From the IMG/VR virus record IMGVR_UViG_3300049174_000031: a DNA stretch of 27,649 nt. One strand, 5' to 3'. A program made the position numbers and the translations under genes. Positions 21,490 to 27,649 of the stretch are shown in pieces (the stretch's first letter is position 1; each line of letters begins with the position of its first letter). The notes under the pieces are model-generated. The model did not search any database. It had not been told where the DNA came from and worked only from the letters and a program-made list of their open reading frames with translations. Source of the stretch: a virus (taxonomy: Duplodnaviria; Heunggongvirae; Uroviricota; Caudoviricetes).

Positions 21490-21548
21490 CCAAGCAGGAG
21501 TTCCAGAGTAGGCGGGCCGCTATAACTTTGCAATAGGTTTTCCCGAAG

Positions 21549-24500
21549 TCACTTCAGATAGTTCGGAGCAAACGTCCCGCCGTAGCAGTAGGAGTGCGGT
21601 GAAAGGATCACTGCCTGCACAGAGAACTCGCTGACCGGCTCGGTGCAGCTAACTACAGCCAGGCCAGCGTAGCGCAGCGGGGTCACGTCGTGCAGGAAGT
21701 CCACGCCGACGGTGCCCAGGCACACGTAGTAGCGGATCTGGGCCACGTCGCACCACAGATCGTTCAGGAACACCTCGTCGGGGTCGTCGCCCGTGCAGAC
21801 GAACTCCACGGTGTACTCCTGGTCCTCGGAGTCCGGGATCTCGATGAAGTGCGTGACGTACTCGTACCAGTAGCCCACCACCGGGGTGAAGGTCTCCTGG
21901 TGGATGTAGACGCCGTCGCTGATCCGACGCAGCCGCAGGATGATCTGGTTGTTGTTGGGGTAGGGCTTGTAGAAGATACAGCCGATGCGGAACAGACCGT
22001 TGGCGACGAAGTTGGTTTGCTGGCGCACCTTGACACCCGCCTCGGCGGCCCCGCCGACCCGGCTGAAGTGCAGTACCCGTTTGCCCTGGAACGTCCTGTC
22101 CGGGTCCACCGAGATGGCCACCACCGCTCGCGGGGTGCCCCAGACGATGCGCGGGTCGGCCCACTCGGCGAAGGTGTCACTCCACATGCCCGCCGGGAGC
22201 AGGTCGGGGATCAGCGTGGTGTAGTACGCCAGCGCGGTGTTGGAGATGTTGGTGTCGTTGGGGTCCTGCCGTGCCCACATGTCGTCGGAGCGCACCAGCC
22301 CGGTGTCGGTGAAGGTGCAGGTGAGCTTGGCGAAGGAGGAGGTGGTCTTGAAGCTGCGGAACACCTTGCCCCAGGTCTGGTCGGGGGTGTTGATCTCCAC
22401 GGTGTCGAACCAGACGGTGCCCGCGGTGGCATCGGAGGTGACCACCAGGGCCAGCCGCACATAGTTGGCCCCGGCCGGGACGGTGAACCCGTTGCCGTCG
22501 GCCGTGTTGGCGCTGATCTGCTCCCACACGTTGCCCACTGTGTCCGGGGGCGTGCTGGCGGGCCAGGGATTGTGGGTCAGGCTCACGGTCTCGGTGGAGA
22601 TCGGGGTGGTGTCCTCGTAGTTCAGGTTGTCGGCGGCCTTGTAGAAGTAAAGGGCCTGCAGCTGGATGGCCGGGCTGTTGGCCGTGGCGGCCAGCCCGGC
22701 CCAGCTGACCCACACGCTGGCGTCGAGGTGTGCTCCCGGCGAGGCGTCCATCGGATTCGACACCAGGACCTGCGGGCCCCCGTCGGGGGCCGCTGCAGCG
22801 GTGCCCAGGTACCAGTGCCCCAGATCGCCGTCCCAGGCCCACCTGCCGTCGTCCGGTCGCCAGTTGTTGATGTCGGTGTCGAAGTTGTGATTGACGAGCT
22901 TGTACTCGCGGCTGGCGGTGGTGATCGGCCCGGATTCCAGCGCGGTGATGTTGTTGGGGTGCCAGCCCTGAGTGTCGTTGTAGCGGCTGAAGGTGAAAAC
23001 GTCGGGGTCCTGGTAATCGACGTAGTAGGTGGAGAAAGGTTGGACTTCTCTGAGCCCGGCGAAGTAGGCCACCGCGGCGTCCCTGGTCACCGTTTTCACG
23101 TCGTAGCGGTGCACGCAGGTGGTCGAGAAGCGCAGCCTGGTCTCGGTAACCGACTTGCGGTGGGTGATCACGTCGGTCAGCGCGGTCAGCCCGTTCATCA
23201 CGGTGGCGGGCAGCCGCAGGTTGCCACCGGGGAACACCCACCAGTCGCTGCCCATCCGGGGCAGGGTGGACGGCACCAGCGCCTTGGCCAGCAGCGGGGT
23301 GAAGGAGTCGGCCGGGTTGGAGCCGTTGGTGACCGGCACCATCGAGGAGGCTGCCAGCGAGGAGGACCCGGCCTGCACCACCGGGGCACTGGTGGCCACG
23401 CTGATGGTCTGGGCGGCCAGGATGCTGGGCGACAGCGGGGAGCGCCGAAAGATCCACGGGCTGGACACCTCGGTGCGGGTCTGCGCGGTCAGGCTGGTGT
23501 TGACGGTGTTGGGCAGGGTGGTGGTGTTGTAGCCCGGCCCGGCCGTCACTGTCATCGGGGTCACCGTCTGCCCGTAGATCGAGTTGATCGCGTTGTTGAC
23601 GGTCTGCGGGTTGAGCCAGTTGACACTACCCAGGCCGCTCAGTAGCACATCGGCCCCCAGGCTCAGCAGCCCCGGCACCCCGGTTTTCTTGGGCCCCGCG
23701 ACGGTGATGTCCTGGCTCACACTCACCGGGTAGATCTGGTAGGAGGTCTGGATACCCGCGTCGTAGACCGGGTAGGGCTCCTCGGTCAACCCGCTGAACT
23801 CCAACTGCAGGTACTTGGCGCTGATCTGCTGGGGGAAGTACAGCTTGCCCTTCTGGGTCATGTAGTCGCGCCAGATCGGGGTCCAGGTTTTCTCGGAGAA
23901 GTTGGAGGCGTGCGATCCTCCGGTGCCGTGCTCCTGCATGGTCCAGGCCGCCGCGTAGATAGCATTGTCCAGGCTGGTGGACGGGACGTTGCCGTAGGCG
24001 TCGGGCATCACCGGATCGGGGCTGACGTAGACCTTGGGGTTGGCCATGAAGCTGGGCAGGGCGGGGGCCCAGTTTTCCAGCTTGACCACATGGGCGGTGA
24101 ACAGCCCGCGGAAGTCGTGGAAGCCGATGGTGCCGTCCAGGGTCATCTGGGTGGGCAGCGCGGGCGACGGCGAGGTCAGGGTGCCCAGCACGGTGCCGTT
24201 GGGGATGGTCACCTCAATGAACACCGTGGACGGCGAGTAGCCCCAGCCCACCATGATGCGCAGCGGCACGTACTGCTGCGGCAGCGGGGACAGCGGGCAG
24301 GTGAACAGCGGCAGGGTGGTGGTGCCGTCGGTCAGTTCCAGGCAGATCTCGGCCGCGCCCACGTCGTAGAAGATCTTGGGGTAGTACAGCCCGACGGTGG
24401 ACGTGGTGGGGATGACCTCGAACAGCACCGGATTCTGCGGCGGCCCACCGGCCTCTCCACCGGCCACGGTGGTGGTCACTGTGACGGTGGTCCCTGAAGG

Positions 24501-25751
24501 TGTCAGCCCGGCCGCGTTGGGAGTCAACTCGGTCAGGGCCTGCCCGCCCAGGTTGTTGGTGAAGGTCAACGTCCAGGGCCCACCGGCCAGTCCGTTCACC
24601 ACAACATTGCCGATGCCGATGGCGGGCATCGCGGTCAGGATGGTCTGCAGTCCCGAGGCGGTGGAGTCGAAGGGGATGTCGGCACTGGTCTCCCCGCCGA
24701 AGCTCAGCGTGAAGTGGCCCCCGGTGGGGGCCCCGGTGATCTCGACAACCTGCTCGGCGTCGGAGAAGCCCGCGCCGAAGTCGGGAGCCCACTCGATGCC
24801 GATCCAGGTGTCCTGGGACACCAGCGGTCCCCAGACCATGCCGAACTCGTAGTCGGAGGTGCCGGTGTCGGCCGAGGTGTCCCAGCGGCCCTTGCCCTGC
24901 TCCCACTGGGTGTTCTCGTCCAGGGTCGAGACCGCGGTGACCGGGGAGAGCTTGCGGGTGCCCACCGAGTCGTCGTTGGAGTAGTAGAGGTTCAGCGCCT
25001 GGCCGGTGTAGACGGGGTCGATGTAGAGCGTGTCCATCAGCGACGGGGTGCCGTCGTTGTGGCGCACGTCGAGGTAGAGGCTCACCACCGCGGCCGGGTC
25101 GGGCATCGGCATCGAGCGCCAGTAGGTGATCGGGGCGTTGTCGATGGCCTTCGCGGCATCCCAGTCCTTGATGTAGGACGTGAAGGTGTTGCCGATGGGG
25201 TCCTGGGCCGGTTCGATGCCCTGCGTGCCGTCGCTACGGGTGTAGATGTTGCGGCGTATCAACCCGTTTCGCATGCCCACCACGTAGGGCTGATTGCCCA
25301 CCAGCGGGTCGTAGGTGCGGGTGAAGCGCCACTGCAGCGCCTTGGCCACGAAGGGATAGCAGTAGAAGTGCGCGGTGTACCAGGCCTGGGCCTGGGAGAT
25401 GGACAGGTTCAGGGTGACCGGCACCCGACTCTCATCGAGGACCTGCCGCCAGTTGTTGAGCCGGTCGAGGTACCACAGCTCGACATAGCAGCTCACCCTC
25501 AGCGCGTCGAAGCCGATCTCCGAAACACTGAGCGGCAGTTTGAAATTGACCGTCAGCACATCGGTCAGTGGCTTGGACTGGGCAGTGGAGCTGGGAGTGC
25601 GCGGCTGGGAGAACCACATCCGCAGGGCGGGAGGCTGGACCACCTGTGGAGTGTTGGGCTGATTCTGGCAGTTGCCGATCACCTGCTGGATCAGGTTGTA
25701 CAGCGCCAGCGGGATGCAGAAGTCAACGTACATACCGTCGATGGCGGCCAT
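21549..25751 (-). CDS. large minor tail / baseplate-associated structural protein, about 1400 aa
   Basis: Start MAAIDG at 25751 (TGATG overlap). Thr/Pro/Gly-rich and beta-rich; contains the actinophage tail Ig-like module TGGHFTLSFGGETSADIPFD..GGPWTLTF and a CBM-like LVNHNFDT..W segment. Confidence 0.75.
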   Translation of the reverse strand: MAAIDGMYVDFCIPLALYNLIQQVIGNCQNQPNTPQVVQPPALRMWFSQPRTPSSTAQSKPLTDVLTVNFKLPLSVSEIGFDALRVSCYVELWYLDRLNNWRQVLDESRVPVTLNLSISQAQAWYTAHFYCYPFVAKALQWRFTRTYDPLVGNQPYVVGMRNGLIRRNIYTRSDGTQGIEPAQDPIGNTFTSYIKDWDAAKAIDNAPITYWRSMPMPDPAAVVSLYLDVRHNDGTPSLMDTLYIDPVYTGQALNLYYSNDDSVGTRKLSPVTAVSTLDENTQWEQGKGRWDTSADTGTSDYEFGMVWGPLVSQDTWIGIEWAPDFGAGFSDAEQVVEITGAPTGGHFTLSFGGETSADIPFDSTASGLQTILTAMPAIGIGNVVVNGLAGGPWTLTFTNNLGGQALTELTPNAAGLTPSGTTVTVTTTVAGGEAGGPPQNPVLFEVIPTTSTVGLYYPKIFYDVGAAEICLELTDGTTTLPLFTCPLSPLPQQYVPLRIMVGWGYSPSTVFIEVTIPNGTVLGTLTSPSPALPTQMTLDGTIGFHDFRGLFTAHVVKLENWAPALPSFMANPKVYVSPDPVMPDAYGNVPSTSLDNAIYAAAWTMQEHGTGGSHASNFSEKTWTPIWRDYMTQKGKLYFPQQISAKYLQLEFSGLTEEPYPVYDAGIQTSYQIYPVSVSQDITVAGPKKTGVPGLLSLGADVLLSGLGSVNWLNPQTVNNAINSIYGQTVTPMTVTAGPGYNTTTLPNTVNTSLTAQTRTEVSSPWIFRRSPLSPSILAAQTISVATSAPVVQAGSSSLAASSMVPVTNGSNPADSFTPLLAKALVPSTLPRMGSDWWVFPGGNLRLPATVMNGLTALTDVITHRKSVTETRLRFSTTCVHRYDVKTVTRDAAVAYFAGLREVQPFSTYYVDYQDPDVFTFSRYNDTQGWHPNNITALESGPITTASREYKLVNHNFDTDINNWRPDDGRWAWDGDLGHWYLGTAAAAPDGGPQVLVSNPMDASPGAHLDASVWVSWAGLAATANSPAIQLQALYFYKAADNLNYEDTTPISTETVSLTHNPWPASTPPDTVGNVWEQISANTADGNGFTVPAGANYVRLALVVTSDATAGTVWFDTVEINTPDQTWGKVFRSFKTTSSFAKLTCTFTDTGLVRSDDMWARQDPNDTNISNTALAYYTTLIPDLLPAGMWSDTFAEWADPRIVWGTPRAVVAISVDPDRTFQGKRVLHFSRVGGAAEAGVKVRQQTNFVANGLFRIGCIFYKPYPNNNQIILRLRRISDGVYIHQETFTPVVGYWYEYVTHFIEIPDSEDQEYTVEFVCTGDDPDEVFLNDLWCDVAQIRYYVCLGTVGVDFLHDVTPLRYAGLAVVSCTEPVSEFSVQAVILSPHSYCYGGTFAPNYLK

Positions 25752-27130
25752 CAGCTGGTCCTCACAAAGTTGATCGGGTCTCGGGGCTCGGGTGTCAGCA
25801 GCCCGCTGCGGTCGGCGCGGCGACGGCAGATGTTGGTGCTGACCGTGGACTCCTTGGCCGGTGGGTAGTAGGCGATGGCGTAGTCGGGGTAGAACACCAT
25901 CGCGGCCGAGGCGGTGGCCTGCACCGGCAGCTGGTAGCCGGTGGGAGTGGTCTTGCCGCCCAGCGCCAGCACCTCGGACACCTTGTGGGTGATATAGGCC
26001 AGTTGGTTGACCCACGGGAAGATGTAACGGCTGCCGTCGGCATTGATCGCTGGGGGCGTCTGGGGGTGCACGCCCCATTTGCCTCCGGGAAAGTTCTCCT
26101 CGCAATCGGCCTTCTCGAACGGCGTGACCGGGGTGTAGTGCCCGGTCTGGTCGAACACCTGGTAGTTGATCTCGGTGCGGTAGGTGCTCATCGGGTCGGG
26201 GGCCGAGGCGTCGATGGTGCCGTAGGTGACCGAGTCGATGGGGGAGCGCTTACCCCCGCCCACCAGGTAAAAGTACCCAAATTCCGCGCTTATGTTAAAC
26301 GCGGTATAGGGAGCCAGGGTGGGGTCCTTCTGCGCATCGAAGAGCCAGGTCTCGGTCGGCAGCAGGTCGATGGGCAACATCTCGGGCGGCGGCAGCTGGT
26401 CGAGCATCGGGGTGGCGGTGACCATCCGCTGCACCTCGTAGTAGCAGGAGTCGGCCGCCGCGGCGTTGACCGGCTGCGGGCTGGCCACTGCCAGCCCGTT
26501 GGCGTTGATGGTGTAGATGACATCCAGCGGGCCGATCTTGTCCAGCATGTCCCGGCACAGCCGGATCTCCTCGGGGGCCAGGCTGCTCTTGTGCGGCCGG
26601 ATCACCACCTCGTTGCGGGCCGGGTGCGGAGCCCGGCCCAGATCGTCGCTGATGCCGAAGTTGTCCTTGTAGCGCCACACCTCGTACAGATCGCAGTCCA
26701 CCCCGAGCGCGGCCTGGATGGTCATGCGGATGCCGTTGGGCGTGCCGCCCATCGTGCAGGCCTGGAAGAACTGGGTGAGCCGCTGGCGGTACCAGGAATC
26801 CTTGATGCGGATTGCATCCCACTGGTCACTGGTGAGCTGGTCCAGCATCCCGTTCCAGGGATAACTCTCGGCCGGGGAGCGGGCCAGGAACTGGATCTTG
26901 CCGAAGATGAAGTCGATCTCATTGAAGTACACCGTCTGCAGTGCCCCGCCGAGCCGGGCCAGGAACACCTGGTTGACCAGTGAGCCCGCCCCGGTGGTGC
27001 CGCACAGCGCGTCCACGAACTTGTACAGGAAGGTGTCCGGGGTCGCGGTGTAGACGTACTCATCGAAGTGGGCCAGCCGGGCCTCGGTGGAGCGCGGTGG
27101 GATGAGTGGGAACGGGTTCTGGTTAGCCAT
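25751..27130 (-). CDS. baseplate wedge (P2 gpI-like) structural protein
   Basis: 459 aa downstream of a baseplate-J-like gene; YRQRL..FFQACTMGGTPNGIRM..AALGVDCDLYE. Confidence 0.6.
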   Translation of the reverse strand: MANQNPFPLIPPRSTEARLAHFDEYVYTATPDTFLYKFVDALCGTTGAGSLVNQVFLARLGGALQTVYFNEIDFIFGKIQFLARSPAESYPWNGMLDQLTSDQWDAIRIKDSWYRQRLTQFFQACTMGGTPNGIRMTIQAALGVDCDLYEVWRYKDNFGISDDLGRAPHPARNEVVIRPHKSSLAPEEIRLCRDMLDKIGPLDVIYTINANGLAVASPQPVNAAAADSCYYEVQRMVTATPMLDQLPPPEMLPIDLLPTETWLFDAQKDPTLAPYTAFNISAEFGYFYLVGGGKRSPIDSVTYGTIDASAPDPMSTYRTEINYQVFDQTGHYTPVTPFEKADCEENFPGGKWGVHPQTPPAINADGSRYIFPWVNQLAYITHKVSEVLALGGKTTPTGYQLPVQATASAAMVFYPDYAIAYYPPAKESTVSTNICRRRADRSGLLTPEPRDPINFVRTS

Positions 27131-27236
27131 GGTGGCACCCCTCTCCGATGAGAACGACCAGGGCCATGGAGAACGCGGCCAGGGCCAGGCCGAAGGCGGC
27201 CAGGGCGATGATGGTGGCGACCCAGTCGTGGTTCAT
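27123..27236 (-). CDS. 37-aa membrane peptide
   Basis: ATGA overlap; MNHDWVATIIALAAFGLALAAFSMALVVLIGEGCHHG. Confidence 0.55.
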   Translation of the reverse strand: MNHDWVATIIALAAFGLALAAFSMALVVLIGEGCHHG

Positions 27237-27649
27237 GGTGTGGCAACCCTTCGCAGTATCACACCCTGGTAGACCCCGATTTGGTTGTCGGCCAGCTTGA
27301 AGTCGGCGATCTCGGTGACCGCGGGGTTGGGGTCTGCGGAGTTGGCGAAGATCTGGATGCCGTAGTTGATCGTGTCCTCGTCGCTGGTGGTGACCTTCAC
27401 GTCCACCACGCCCAGCGTCTGCTGGACGTACATACAGATGGTGCCCAACTTGATAGGGGCCCCGAACGGCATCTGGTTCCACCACTGCTGCATGCGCTGG
27501 ATGATGTTCGAGTTGACCACGACCACCGAGTAGGCGCGGTCGTACTCCACCGACAGGCAGGGCTGGATGTAGGCGAACCGGCCCTGGTGCACCAGCACGT
27601 CCGACGTGATCTGCTTGGCCGGGGTGATCAATGCGTTGAGCAGCTCGGG
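27233..27649 (-). CDS. baseplate J-like protein, C-terminal part (runs off the right edge)
   Basis: Open frame to the window edge; IIQRMQQWWNQMPFGAPIKLGTI..VQQTLGVVDVKV resembles the baseplate J C-terminus. Confidence 0.6.
   Translation of the reverse strand, partial: PELLNALITPAKQITSDVLVHQGRFAYIQPCLSVEYDRAYSVVVVNSNIIQRMQQWWNQMPFGAPIKLGTICMYVQQTLGVVDVKVTTSDEDTINYGIQIFANSADPNPAVTEIADFKLADNQIGVYQGVILRRVATP

Noticed and set aside
20659-21491. CRISPR array interpretation of the repeated motifs
   Set aside because: Repeats are split, degenerate and interleaved with tRNA arms; unit lengths vary from 70 to 145 nt; no cas genes; rsr is adjacent.
21529-21545. Sigma54-like GG-N10-GC upstream of the array (as in the RtcR-controlled rsr operon)
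   Set aside because: Poor match to TGGCAC at -24, and mycobacteria lack sigma54.

Overview
27.6 kb from a large, GC-rich actinobacteriophage genome. The baseplate-type genes suggest a contractile-tailed (myovirus-like) phage, and the NUDIX gene looks mycobacterial; both points are inference. Almost every gene is on the minus strand. Read in transcription order (right to left): baseplate and minor-tail genes (21549-27649); an array of six Y-RNA-like ncRNAs followed by a Ro60/Rsr TROVE gene (18955-21491); small accessory ORFs with a metallophosphoesterase (13917-18702); a PTH2-like gene whose leaderless start is AUG-ACG-UAG, followed by a tRNA with a probable CUA anticodon and an SF2/SNF2-like helicase (11315-13798); one plus-strand membrane peptide with a candidate sRNA (10577-10852); a three-gene candidate nucleic-acid-modification cassette (two PP-loop ATPases and a TGT/DpdA-like barrel), each gene carrying the same CRP-like box plus GGAAC-N17-CGTTG promoter (5844-8970); an RHH regulator, a NudF-like ADP-ribose pyrophosphatase, an HTH protein and a partial DnaB. 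The three most notable candidates are the modular Y-RNA array, the amber-gated pth/suppressor-tRNA circuit and the co-regulated modification cassette. All family calls come from motif recognition by eye; no database searches or folding programs were run.
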